Source: a virus. From it: a DNA stretch of 64,000 nucleotides. The translations under genes and the position numbers were made by a program. Of the stretch, positions 55,092-64,000 are shown one piece after another. The stretch is taken from IMG/VR virus record IMGVR_UViG_3300005393_000209, one strand, 5' to 3'. The notes below the pieces were generated by a model. The model was given only the letters and a program-made list of their open reading frames with translations. It was not told the origin of the DNA and did no database searches. Every line of letters starts with the position of its first letter. Positions within the stretch are counted from its first letter, which is position 1.

Positions 55092-55604
55092 TTATTCTAC
55101 TTCAAAAAGCATTTCTATAAGCTCACTTCGAGCTAATGACATGGTTGTTTTATCGTCATTCTCCGTAAAACATAAAATTCCTGTATCAATAACATTCTCC
55201 GGAGATAACCAGTCTGAGTCATCATATCCATCGGCAGGAACAAGGTTTACTACCATGCCGCATTGCCTGAATTCCCCGTATGGTTGTCCGACTGTCGGGT
55301 CGAATTTAAATAGCGCATAAAGAAAATAAGCGTTATCCTCTATTGCGCTATCGTCATCAACAAATTCATACCTTTGACCAGCAATCTCTATATTTCCACC
55401 AACTGAAACACTTCTGCAAAGTGTTATGAATTGAGGTTTCACAAAACAAATTGGTTCGGGAATTTCTTCTTGAGAAGGGAGAGGAGCAACTAGCTTGTCT
55501 CCATCAGGATAAGGAGAACTTTTCCCTATTACCCCCCAAATTGTATTGTTTTCCTTGAATTGGAGCGCCCTGAGCGCTCTTCCTTTGTAGTTTGAGACTC
55601 CCAT
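55092..55604 (-). CDS. Baseplate wedge protein (gp8-like)
   Basis: W.VIGKSSPY, FRQ.G motifs; synteny. Confidence 0.55.
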   Translation of the reverse strand: MGVSNYKGRALRALQFKENNTIWGVIGKSSPYPDGDKLVAPLPSQEEIPEPICFVKPQFITLCRSVSVGGNIEIAGQRYEFVDDDSAIEDNAYFLYALFKFDPTVGQPYGEFRQCGMVVNLVPADGYDDSDWLSPENVIDTGILCFTENDDKTTMSLARSELIEMLFEVE

Positions 55605-55656
55605 AAATCCCCCCTGCAAATTTTATAGACAATTATTGAATAAAATTGTTTATTGT

Positions 55657-56565
55657 TTAATCCTTTTTGCGAAAATGAACTTCCCCTGATTCATAAGAGA
55701 TGGAGAGGTTCTTTCCGATAATCTTGTCATCATGAATATTGGTAATTGTCTTCAATCCAGCTAATGTAAAATCATGTTTAATCCATCCAGAATGTTTCGG
55801 AGGAATTGCTAAAGCAGTTCCGATTTCCGAGAAACCAATTCCTGTAAATTTCTTAACCAGTTTCCAATTAGCCTCAATGTATGTCCGCCTTATATGGAGA
55901 TTTGATTCAAATGAGATTTGAAGCCCTTTTCCAAGAGCCCCATAACCAATAGCTCCATCAAGGATATTTGCTACTTTTCTGTTTGTAGTTCTTATTAACC
56001 TTGCATCTGCGCCAAGTGTCGCCGGAATCTGCCGGAAAAAATCAGTCCACCATAAAGTTCCTTCAGGGAGAACACGCTCAAGAAAATACCCTAAATCCTC
56101 TTTGTTAGTCTTGTAGTCGGTTTCTAACACATAAGAACCATCATGCCAGAACCAGTCGTCCATAATCACCGCGTCAGTGCATCCCAAACGCCCCTGTTTG
56201 CCAACAATAACTAAACTGGATACATTATCCCTTACCCTAGCAAATCGTCCTCCAGAATCCTTTACAGCGCGTTTAATGCTCTTGTAGCTCCCCTTTATAG
56301 AATGGAGATAAATCGAGTGTCTTATCCTGTCTCTATTCCATTTAACCCCCCGCGATTCAATCCATTCATGCCCAACAAGAGGAGCAACTAACCTTAAAAT
56401 ATCATCAGGAACTTCATCAATTGACCGAATCTTTATTAACTTTCTTATTGAGTCGTTAACAGAATCAAATCCATTGTCGAAAACATTTAAAAAACGCTCT
56501 ACAATACGTTCTTTATCCTGTTCCTTCCAAATTTTAGGTAAACGCTTATATAATAGTTCTCTCAT
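55657..56565 (-). CDS. Baseplate protein (P2 gpI-like)
   Basis: LY..LP.IW..D, IKGS motifs; follows gpJ. Confidence 0.7.
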   Translation of the reverse strand: MRELLYKRLPKIWKEQDKERIVERFLNVFDNGFDSVNDSIRKLIKIRSIDEVPDDILRLVAPLVGHEWIESRGVKWNRDRIRHSIYLHSIKGSYKSIKRAVKDSGGRFARVRDNVSSLVIVGKQGRLGCTDAVIMDDWFWHDGSYVLETDYKTNKEDLGYFLERVLPEGTLWWTDFFRQIPATLGADARLIRTTNRKVANILDGAIGYGALGKGLQISFESNLHIRRTYIEANWKLVKKFTGIGFSEIGTALAIPPKHSGWIKHDFTLAGLKTITNIHDDKIIGKNLSISYESGEVHFRKKD

Positions 56566-57974
56566 CTTGTTGTCACCTGTATCCCTGAAATCACGGGAAA
56601 TCCCCCTAAACCTAATTCTATATCTCCTGTAGGGGACTGAAACTCAACGTAAGAAACTCCCTCGATAACAGAAATAGCACTGTGAAGCCTTGCAAACTCT
56701 ACCTTGCCGCCAATCGTATGATTATTAACATGAAAAAAGCCCCTTATAGCCATTTCTACGGCACTTTTTACAATCCCTGCATTATACCCTGCCTCAACTC
56801 CAATAACGCAGGAGACGGCTATTTGACGCTGAATAGCATCAGATAGAATATACCTACATGGGTCAGTTCCATAACACCCTGACTCCTTTATTCTATCCAT
56901 AGCTAATTTATAATAATAATCTGAAATTAAGCCTCCACCCTCAGGGACAACATAAAGTTTTACATATAGATGAGGCAAGGAGTTATCCTGTCGAATGTCA
57001 ACTGATTTAGCATGTCTTATTCCCGGAGCATGCTCAAGGATTGCCTCGTAATCTTTTCCTACTACTCCTCTACGCTGAGTCATTACTAGCCTTGGAATAT
57101 TTCTTCTTATGCTTTCAGTATCCTCCGCATAGGCTCCTCCGCTAATCATGCTGTTATTATTAACAGTTAATACCCCTTCATCAAAATCGGCACAATATCG
57201 AATGGTATTAGCTCCACCATTCCCTGCTGCTCCATCACAAACAATGTAAGAGATTGAGAGAGTTTCACCTTCCGGATAAGAGGAGCCCATGACTCCATCT
57301 CCGATTACAAGCAATACATTATCTGTGTTCCCATCTAATTCTAGCCAATAGTGAAAATCATCAGGCTCCGAATCAATGAAGGTTTCTACCCTCTGCCATT
57401 CTTTCTGAGGATATCCGTGCCTTAGCGAGACACTTTCACCAATTACATTTTTCCCAAGATTACAGGCAAGTCTGTCACTCCATGTATATTCTCGAAAATC
57501 CTGCCGAGAGAGTGTTTTCGATATATAGTTCCCTTGAATAACTTCAATCTCAATATTAGGATTTGCGGTTGAGACAGAACATGGCTGTAAGTTCATATAT
57601 GTAATTCCATCTCTTCTCTGGAATCGACTATATGCTGGAATATTAATATTCTCTATATCAACACTCTGAGGAGCTTTGGTAATTGATAAGAGTGTTGCGG
57701 CTCCGGATGCAAGTCGGGGTAAAAATCCAACCAGTTTACCTAAATCAATCAAACTCTGCTTCGCTTTAGCAGTTTCAAGGAACCCCTCCTCGAAAGCTCT
57801 ATCAATATACTTATTATCGAGGTCGGTCTCCCTTGATAACAGGCGTATTAGAGCAATCCCCGCATCGCTATGATTGAAATCCGTATATTCTGGAAGTTCT
57901 AATTTAAGAATTGTCAGGAGTCGCTCAAACTCTGAAGCAAAATCTCTTCCCGTAAAATTTTTATAAATTGTCAC
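56562..57974 (-). CDS. Baseplate wedge protein (P2 gpJ/T4 gp6-like)
   Basis: RDF, TDFN.SDAG, GG...ED.ESIR, R.V...DYE. Confidence 0.9.
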   Translation of the reverse strand: MTIYKNFTGRDFASEFERLLTILKLELPEYTDFNHSDAGIALIRLLSRETDLDNKYIDRAFEEGFLETAKAKQSLIDLGKLVGFLPRLASGAATLLSITKAPQSVDIENINIPAYSRFQRRDGITYMNLQPCSVSTANPNIEIEVIQGNYISKTLSRQDFREYTWSDRLACNLGKNVIGESVSLRHGYPQKEWQRVETFIDSEPDDFHYWLELDGNTDNVLLVIGDGVMGSSYPEGETLSISYIVCDGAAGNGGANTIRYCADFDEGVLTVNNNSMISGGAYAEDTESIRRNIPRLVMTQRRGVVGKDYEAILEHAPGIRHAKSVDIRQDNSLPHLYVKLYVVPEGGGLISDYYYKLAMDRIKESGCYGTDPCRYILSDAIQRQIAVSCVIGVEAGYNAGIVKSAVEMAIRGFFHVNNHTIGGKVEFARLHSAISVIEGVSYVEFQSPTGDIELGLGGFPVISGIQVTTR

Positions 57975-58888
57975 GCCGCAATCTCCATTAATACCCTTTC
58001 CCTAGAAGGAAGTCTTAAAATCCTGCCTACCTCAGGGTCAGCATGTGGACACAAACAATCCTGTCCTGCTCCCTCCTGAATAGCATCATAAAAAGCGTAA
58101 TCCTCAACTACCCACCATAATTCAACATTTTGGAAAACTTTATGTGCAATTAAGAACCAAGTATCCCCAAAAACTACCGGATAAAACTGGTCATCCGGTT
58201 TCTGTTTCGGCCGTATTGAGCGCTTCGGCCTTATATATTTTGCTCCATCGACTTCATAAGTCGCACAATTTCTATATCTACTGGATAAGCCGTGTCCGTT
58301 TTTATCGCGAACAATAGCAGGATATTCAGCATTTCTAGCTTCCTGAGGAGAAACAAATGGAGAAACAAGGTTCTCCGGAGTTTGTTGGAGAATTATTTCA
58401 GGAGTCAGTTTTAAAGGGAGAGTGTTTCTGTCGGTAGAATAGTCATCTTCCCCCCATGTCATACCTTGAGGAATAGGAATCTTCGCCCTGTGTTCCCACC
58501 TCTTAGTGCATATTTCCAACCAGATTTGAAATTGTTGCTTTGTTATATTGTGTAAAGGGTCGAAAAGAATTTGATGGATATTGCTCCCGTATTCTGGAAG
58601 TGTATCATGTTCGAGTTGATGCGTTAGTAATATGTTAGAAATAGCTTCTGCGATATGATTATCAGAAATTCCAATCCGAGGGTTCATAGTCCACGCATCG
58701 AATAAATACGCAAGCCCAATAGCTGTACTATCGAGGCTCCCTTCGGATATTTCAAATCCTCCGAGTTCCCCTATCCTGATAGGCCACGCCAACCCTCTCC
58801 CATAAAAAGGTAATTTTCCTCTCAAACTCCCCCCCCCTCTTTTTCTTAATAATCTTATGTCTCGTGATATCCTAATCTCTGAGCCCAT
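57971..58888 (-). CDS. gp25/GPW-like wedge protein fused to a C-terminal LysM-like domain (probable TTG start 58825)
   Basis: GRGLAWP, I.NIL.T...E....PEYG; C-terminal V..GDT...IA.K.F....LWW...GR.LRLPS. Confidence 0.7.
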   Translation of the reverse strand: MGSEIRISRDIRLLRKRGGGSLRGKLPFYGRGLAWPIRIGELGGFEISEGSLDSTAIGLAYLFDAWTMNPRIGISDNHIAEAISNILLTHQLEHDTLPEYGSNIHQILFDPLHNITKQQFQIWLEICTKRWEHRAKIPIPQGMTWGEDDYSTDRNTLPLKLTPEIILQQTPENLVSPFVSPQEARNAEYPAIVRDKNGHGLSSRYRNCATYEVDGAKYIRPKRSIRPKQKPDDQFYPVVFGDTWFLIAHKVFQNVELWWVVEDYAFYDAIQEGAGQDCLCPHADPEVGRILRLPSRERVLMEIAA

Positions 58889-59817
58889 AATTTTAATGCA
58901 CGCTCAATTTGAGCTTTATACTCCTTGGGAGCCTTGGAGAATACTTTCTCCTGAATTACAGTATAAGTAGTCTCAATCTGATTTTTAGGGCCATTAACGA
59001 TTAATTGTGTTGTTCCTGCCTCCAGTAATATCAGATTATCTTTTGATGAGAGAGTTATCATCGGCCCCTGTTGCCCATGTCCTCCAATTGCCTTAATCTG
59101 CACGACACTAGCCCCATCTTTTGCTTCAATTGAAAAACCTGAGCCATTAACATCAAACAATGTAACCGAGGCTGATTTGTGTTTTGTCTTATCTGTCTTG
59201 TGAGAGTCTCCCTGCCAAGTCGAACGGGTTCCCCTAACAGGGTCTTCCCTTACCTTGCTTTCCCCTTTTTCTTCATCCTCTTGTTCGTCTTGTCCGTTAG
59301 ATGGAGAGTCAATTTTAAGTCCAGCGCCCATCCAATCACATAGCTGAACGGCTTCCTGTCCCTTGTTATCATCAAAAATAAGAGAAGCTCCAGATGGAGT
59401 TTTTAACGCGAAAAGTCGAGTCTCTGAAATATTGGAATCCTTGTCACAAGCCTTGCATTCCTTGGGAGATAACTGTTTAAGCTTTCCTTTCTTATCCTGA
59501 AAAGTATTACACGGAATGGCAACTTGAACCGTATTATCACCCGCTAAGTATCCAACCTTAACCCTTTGCCCCGCTTGCATAGGCCACCAAATGCCATAAT
59601 CTCCCTTTCCTTTAAGTCCACCAAAAGGGAGCCCTGCAACCTCCAACCAATCCGTCCAGTTATCCTCTCCTGCGCCTCTAATTCCGGGAACTTCGACTCT
59701 TACTCTCCCTCTCCCCTCCGGGTCGGCTGTTTTCCTTACAATCCCCTCATGAAGCGATGAATATTGTTCTAAAAGAAAGTCTGTGTCCGCATGTTTTATG
59801 CTTGTGTTAGTTTCCAT
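58855..59817 (-). CDS. Baseplate spike (gp5/VgrG OB-fold, gpV-like)
   Basis: DPEGRGRVRVEVP, G.WWP...GQ.V.V.Y..GD, KTPSG..L.FDD. Confidence 0.85.
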   Translation of the reverse strand: METNTSIKHADTDFLLEQYSSLHEGIVRKTADPEGRGRVRVEVPGIRGAGEDNWTDWLEVAGLPFGGLKGKGDYGIWWPMQAGQRVKVGYLAGDNTVQVAIPCNTFQDKKGKLKQLSPKECKACDKDSNISETRLFALKTPSGASLIFDDNKGQEAVQLCDWMGAGLKIDSPSNGQDEQEDEEKGESKVREDPVRGTRSTWQGDSHKTDKTKHKSASVTLFDVNGSGFSIEAKDGASVVQIKAIGGHGQQGPMITLSSKDNLILLEAGTTQLIVNGPKNQIETTYTVIQEKVFSKAPKEYKAQIERALKLWAQRLGYHET

Positions 59818-60557
59818 TATTCCTCAGAGCTACCAAAATACTTTTCTTCTTGCATTTGGGTATAATCGTTCCCACCATACTCAGTCACTTTTCTGACGTT
59901 TACTCCGCCTCCGCCTTGTTCTTTATCCTTGTTTTCGTTACCTCCAGAACCTCCTCCAGAACTCTCCCCTGAAGTTCCTTGACAATCCTGACATCCCTCG
60001 TTTCCTGCTCTCTGTGGTTGAGGATGTAAATGATACTGGAAGGAAAGCACAACATCTCCAATCCCCCAAGTAAAAGCATCCTGAATTTCCTTACCAACTG
60101 GTCGCGGAGTGCAAAAGATTTTCCCCGGCTTGTAGATATCCGCATAAATCAACATGGAGTCATTTTTCTTCTTTGAATTATCGCCTCCCTGTTTTTCTCC
60201 CCGCGAACAGGAAAGCGTAGTAATTAGCTTCCCCTCATCTTCATATTCATGCGAACACTCCTCGACATACCATCTACCAGATGCCGCAGGGCCAGCGCCA
60301 AGGAAAATAATATCCTTTTTTGACTTTAGATGAGGCTGTCCGATAAGCTTGAGCTTGAGAGTTTCTGTTTTTGAAGAGCTATTTTTTTCATGGTTCTTCC
60401 GCCTGTTATCATCTCTCCCCAATCCCCCATTAGGAACTCTATCAGCGGAGGAAAAATGGAATCCTTCTTTATCTTTTACTTCCTGAGGAGCTCCACCAGA
60501 AGGGGTTTCTGAACCCCCAAAATATTTATCATCCTGTCCGGATTCATAATCATTCAT
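59817..60557 (-). CDS. Baseplate hub (gpD/gp27-like) fragment 3, apparently permuted
   Basis: gpD C-terminal motif G.P.L...G.G...SG.WYV....H. Confidence 0.65.
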   Translation of the reverse strand: MNDYESGQDDKYFGGSETPSGGAPQEVKDKEGFHFSSADRVPNGGLGRDDNRRKNHEKNSSSKTETLKLKLIGQPHLKSKKDIIFLGAGPAASGRWYVEECSHEYEDEGKLITTLSCSRGEKQGGDNSKKKNDSMLIYADIYKPGKIFCTPRPVGKEIQDAFTWGIGDVVLSFQYHLHPQPQRAGNEGCQDCQGTSGESSGGGSGGNENKDKEQGGGGVNVRKVTEYGGNDYTQMQEEKYFGSSEE

Positions 60558-60742
60558 TCTGGAGATATCATCCTTGCATGGTCACATAAGACTTGCCACG
60601 CGTTTCTGTTTTCGTAATTAGGGTTTTTATGCCAAGTATCTTCACCGCCTTCAATAACAGGCTCCAAACCATATTCACGGATAACCGCTTCTATAATTTC
60701 CTTATCCGTCATTCCTTCACCGTATCCTGTTTCTCTCGCCAT
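60554..60742 (-). CDS. Baseplate hub fragment 2
   Basis: gpD mid motif TD.EII..V..EYGL...N..W..L...A; own SD. Confidence 0.65.
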   Translation of the reverse strand: MARETGYGEGMTDKEIIEAVIREYGLEPVIEGGEDTWHKNPNYENRNAWQVLCDHARMISPE

Positions 60743-60756
60743 ATCCCCTCTTTATT

Positions 60757-61137
60757 TTATGCTAAATATCTCGGAGCGTCTTTTCCCTGTTTTTTCTTTA
60801 TTTTTCCTCTTCTATTTCCCCCGGATAGCTTATGTGTATCATCTACGCCGGTCACTATAACTTCGAGCCCCTTCTCCCCGTCTCCTGTTTCCTCTACCTC
60901 AGAAACTATGAGGGTAGCCGTTTCATTTAATCTTCCATTGTAGCCTAGCCTTATCTGCATTATCTGTTCCCAATTAAAAACACCGCTTAAGCGTAAATTA
61001 GGGTTCCGGAGAGTCACTTTGAGATTAGACATCTTCTCAGAGTTATCATGAAGAGATATTTTTTTAACTTCCCTAGTAACATTTAAACCATTAATTAAGA
61101 GGATAAAATCCGGGTCGCCTACGAAGTGTAATGCCAT
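60757..61137 (-). CDS. Baseplate hub fragment 1
   Basis: gpD N-terminal motif PDF...ING.NVT..V..IS..D...L.N; LGY. Confidence 0.7.
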   Translation of the reverse strand: MALHFVGDPDFILLINGLNVTREVKKISLHDNSEKMSNLKVTLRNPNLRLSGVFNWEQIMQIRLGYNGRLNETATLIVSEVEETGDGEKGLEVIVTGVDDTHKLSGGNRRGKIKKKQGKDAPRYLA

Positions 61138-61568
61138 AGTAATACTCCGATTTTAGCAAAATAAGGCTCAAGAGAATCCTTGTTGTAAAGTTTTTCAAAT
61201 TTAGGAGCAACTTCCACGACAACACATTCTTTGTTAATTGCATTTCCAAAACAGAAGTAAACCCGCGGAGGTCTGAGCAATCCTGCCATCATTATTGTAG
61301 GTTTTCTCATGGAGTCTAAATGTTCATAAGCTCTTATCACAAAGCTATCAGGGTTGTCATATCGACTATAATCAAGCTCGAATTGGATATGCTGAACGTC
61401 TCCATGCCCATATTGTAATATTGGATATTCGCTCCCCGCTGCCGATAATTGCCCATATTTGGCTTTATTGACGGGGCCATTTATAGTCTCAGGGTTCCAT
61501 TCAAAAACGAAAGGAGGAATTCCTCCCTCTATCGGCATAATCATTCCACGAGTGACATAATGACTCAT
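61119..61568 (-). CDS. Tail tube initiator (CIS tube/P2 gpU-like)
   Basis: F.WNPE, P.LQY..G, PP.V.F.FG. Confidence 0.7.
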   Translation of the reverse strand: MSHYVTRGMIMPIEGGIPPFVFEWNPETINGPVNKAKYGQLSAAGSEYPILQYGHGDVQHIQFELDYSRYDNPDSFVIRAYEHLDSMRKPTIMMAGLLRPPRVYFCFGNAINKECVVVEVAPKFEKLYNKDSLEPYFAKIGVLLWHYTS

Positions 61569-63571
61569 TGATTTGAATTCCCCCTAGAAGTATTAGAGTT
61601 ACTCTCCTGCTTAGAAGGAATATGCTTTCCATCAACATAAACATTTACATTCGTATTGACATTCGGAGGAGGAGTTTGTTGTAAGGCGGATTTAAATCCC
61701 TCAAGAATTCCCCCTATATTTCCCCCGCTTACTCCCTCTGGAGTTACCATTTGACTTGTAGGAGTGTAGCCAAAATATCTATCGAGCGCATCAAGCTTAT
61801 TCTCAAATAGCGAAAAGGGAATAATAGGTAATCCAAATTTTTGTTGAGGAATAGTCTCAAAAACATTCTTTAACGGATTATAGAAAAAATTCCTAAATGC
61901 TTTATTTAAGAGATGATTTTGATTAAGGATATCAATGTCACCTGTCATTCCCCCAAAACTGTTATCGCTTCCGCCGCTTTTTCCTAAACCCTTTAGTCCA
62001 GTCTCATCTCTCGACATTCCGGGAATCTTTCCAAGCGTAGAATCATATAAGGAGGTTAATTTTACTACTATGTCATATATCTTATAAATTGCATTATACA
62101 CTGATTCAAAGGCTTGAGATATCCTCTTACCCGCATATTCCCCCGCTTGTCCTAATCTCTCAAACATTGATGTGTCAGGATTTTTATACCAGTTCTCGAT
62201 TTCCTGCTTTAATGTCTGGAGCCAATTAGGAAGCTGAAAGTTTATGTCTCCCGTCAATCCTTTCCAAAATCCTGAAGCTATTGAAGTAATTGTCTGTTGG
62301 AGAGGAGCCAAGTGATAGGGATTTATAAGCCACTCAACCATTTCTTTGAAAGCAGGAACTATCCCTCCCACCACATTTTTATAAACATCCTCAAAGAGCT
62401 TTCCTGCCGTGGTTTTTACATTCTTCCATCCTTGCTCTAATAGTTGAGTGGCCGCTACTGACTCTTTCATGGAGTTATTGAGCATCTCTAAGGAATCTTT
62501 CCATGAAGCGCTTCCAATCTGTTCGTGCATTTCCTTCACGCTTCCACGGAGTCCCTTAAGAAGCGTCTGAAGCATAGGTTCTGGATGTTCCCCAAATATT
62601 TTCTTTAAGAAATTACCACGAGCATATTCAGGAATCGCATCAAGTAATCTGCGTAATTCCTCAAATTGAGGCATCATTCCTGCTTTAAAGAATCCTGATT
62701 TATGATACTTCAAAGTCCAATCATAAGCTTCCTTATAATGCTTCGCGGGTTTTAGGAGTAAGTTTTTTAATCCCTTATCTCCTGATTTCTGATATTCTTC
62801 AACCGCTTGACGCAGGATTCCAATTCCATGCTTTGCATCTTTTATTCTCTGTCCAAACTCACGTAGGACAACTCCTGCCGTAGGAGCCTCGAAGTTAGAT
62901 GTAACAAGGTATGACGCAGTTGATAACATATCAGTCATGTCCCAACCCATACCCATGAGAACGGGAACTGCATCTCTTAAAGCTTCACGGAGTTTTGGGC
63001 CTCTAAAAACACCAACACCAACTGCTTTATGAAACTGTGCCGCAAACTTTTCAGCAAAATCAGGGATAGGCATATCAGGATAGCCAAACTTGTGCATTGA
63101 ATGAACCATTTTCATTATAAGGTCGGTTCCTTCATCCTGCGTAAGCTGCGTCAACTTAGCCATATTAAGAGCGGTTTCGGTTACGGATTTCTTAATCCGA
63201 TTCTCCATATCTCCAATACCTGATTGGATTTCAAAAGCTGCCCTCAAATAAGCATCTGTCGTAGTTCCTGCATATTTGTTAGAGAAGTTTAAAGCTTGTT
63301 CTTCCCACCAATCTAAATCCCGCGGGTCAAGAAAAGAATGGAGAAGCTCTTGCCTCCCCTTTGAAATCTCTTCCCTGCTTTGAACTAGAGCTTTAGGTAA
63401 TCCCGCAATTCCAGAAGCTAAATCTTTTATTGCTCCAAGTCCGCTTGTTACAGCAATAGATGCCAACTGCCCTTTTAATACTGCCAGCGCTCCGGAGATT
63501 CCAGAGATTGCTCCTTGGACTGCTCCTGCTCCTTGAACACCAAAACGGATTCCTACCTCTTTAAGCATCAA
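61565..63571 (-). CDS. Tape measure protein
   Basis: Helical Ala/Gly-rich 668 aa between chaperones and tube initiator. Confidence 0.8.
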   Translation of the reverse strand: MMLKEVGIRFGVQGAGAVQGAISGISGALAVLKGQLASIAVTSGLGAIKDLASGIAGLPKALVQSREEISKGRQELLHSFLDPRDLDWWEEQALNFSNKYAGTTTDAYLRAAFEIQSGIGDMENRIKKSVTETALNMAKLTQLTQDEGTDLIMKMVHSMHKFGYPDMPIPDFAEKFAAQFHKAVGVGVFRGPKLREALRDAVPVLMGMGWDMTDMLSTASYLVTSNFEAPTAGVVLREFGQRIKDAKHGIGILRQAVEEYQKSGDKGLKNLLLKPAKHYKEAYDWTLKYHKSGFFKAGMMPQFEELRRLLDAIPEYARGNFLKKIFGEHPEPMLQTLLKGLRGSVKEMHEQIGSASWKDSLEMLNNSMKESVAATQLLEQGWKNVKTTAGKLFEDVYKNVVGGIVPAFKEMVEWLINPYHLAPLQQTITSIASGFWKGLTGDINFQLPNWLQTLKQEIENWYKNPDTSMFERLGQAGEYAGKRISQAFESVYNAIYKIYDIVVKLTSLYDSTLGKIPGMSRDETGLKGLGKSGGSDNSFGGMTGDIDILNQNHLLNKAFRNFFYNPLKNVFETIPQQKFGLPIIPFSLFENKLDALDRYFGYTPTSQMVTPEGVSGGNIGGILEGFKSALQQTPPPNVNTNVNVYVDGKHIPSKQESNSNTSRGNSNQ

Positions 63572-63845
63572 AAATACCCTGTTCCATTTTCCTGATAGTT
63601 TCTAGTCTTTTAAACATCCGTTTCCTAAAGCTTGTCGGCCACCTAAATACGGACTCTATATCTTGCTTCATATAATAAGAGAGGAGAAAAATTTCATCTT
63701 CTAGTTCTTCTCCTCCCCCTTGGAATAATCTTAATGAACCATGTCCAACCCCGTGAGTGCTTAACGAAGCGCCGAAAGCCCCGTAAGCACAAACATAGGG
63801 TCGAGCAAAATATTTATCACCTGTGCCTTTCGACAATGAGTGCAT
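63561..63845 (-). CDS. Tail assembly chaperone, second (GT/GpE'-like) segment; true start uncertain
   Basis: LE.EIF.LSYY......V...P.S.R motif; overlaps upstream chaperone in the -1 frame. Confidence 0.55.
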   Translation of the reverse strand: MHSLSKGTGDKYFARPYVCAYGAFGASLSTHGVGHGSLRLFQGGGEELEDEIFLLSYYMKQDIESVFRWPTSFRKRMFKRLETIRKMEQGIFDA

Positions 63846-64000
63846 CTAGCCCTGACGAAGGGGTCATATCCACATTTATGCTCAACTATTGACTCCCTAA
63901 TCTCTAAATGGTCGCGTCCGGGGAAATGCAATACATCCTCATAGCTAAAATCCTTTTTCCCATTAATTGCCCGAATATTCTTAAAATCAATCCTGTTCGG
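63761..64000 (-). CDS. Tail assembly chaperone with CxxC (T4 gp26-like), 5' end outside window; not in track
   Basis: Manual translation ...DVLHFPGRDHLEIRESI...GYDP...CTHC...LLDPMF...stop. Confidence 0.65.
   Translation of the reverse strand, partial: PNRIDFKNIRAINGKKDFSYEDVLHFPGRDHLEIRESIVEHKCGYDPFVRARCTHCRKAQVINILLDPMFVLTGLSALR

Overview
The window is most of the genome of a temperate, contractile-tailed (myovirus-like) bacteriophage. It starts inside the major capsid gene and ends inside a tail chaperone gene; neck, sheath and tube genes are absent and presumably lie just outside, which suggests a circular or permuted genome a few kb longer than 64 kb. Modules in order: head/packaging on the minus strand (capsid, decoration, protease/scaffold, MuF fusion, portal, GpA-type TerL); an apparently intact attP plus tyrosine integrase; ArdC; a replication/recombination operon (beta clamp, dCTP deaminase, primase-helicase, RuvC, SSB-like, exonuclease, RecT); a face-to-face promoter switch and AT-rich origin-like region; nucleotide metabolism (class II RNR, ThyX); three DNA methyltransferases; many small early genes with their own sigma70 promoters; a structured non-coding island; lysis genes; a sulfotransferase; tail fibres; baseplate; tape measure. 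Most unusual observations: (1) a shared AAGGRRARACAA leader on at least 8 early genes, with antisense copies in or next to terminator hairpins, one of them a free-standing ~60-nt promoter-terminator unit (candidate phage antisense sRNA regulon); (2) a gpD/gp27-like baseplate hub split into three coupled genes, the last apparently permuted; (3) a hairpin-rich island with nine TCGAG/CTCGA pentamers at a strand-skew switch (candidate packaging site or ncRNA); (4) a MuF protein with two toxin-like domains followed by a separately promoted two-gene candidate immunity cassette; (5) three tandem Cys/Trp-motif paralogs in the tail operon. All calls come from reading motifs by eye; no searches were run.
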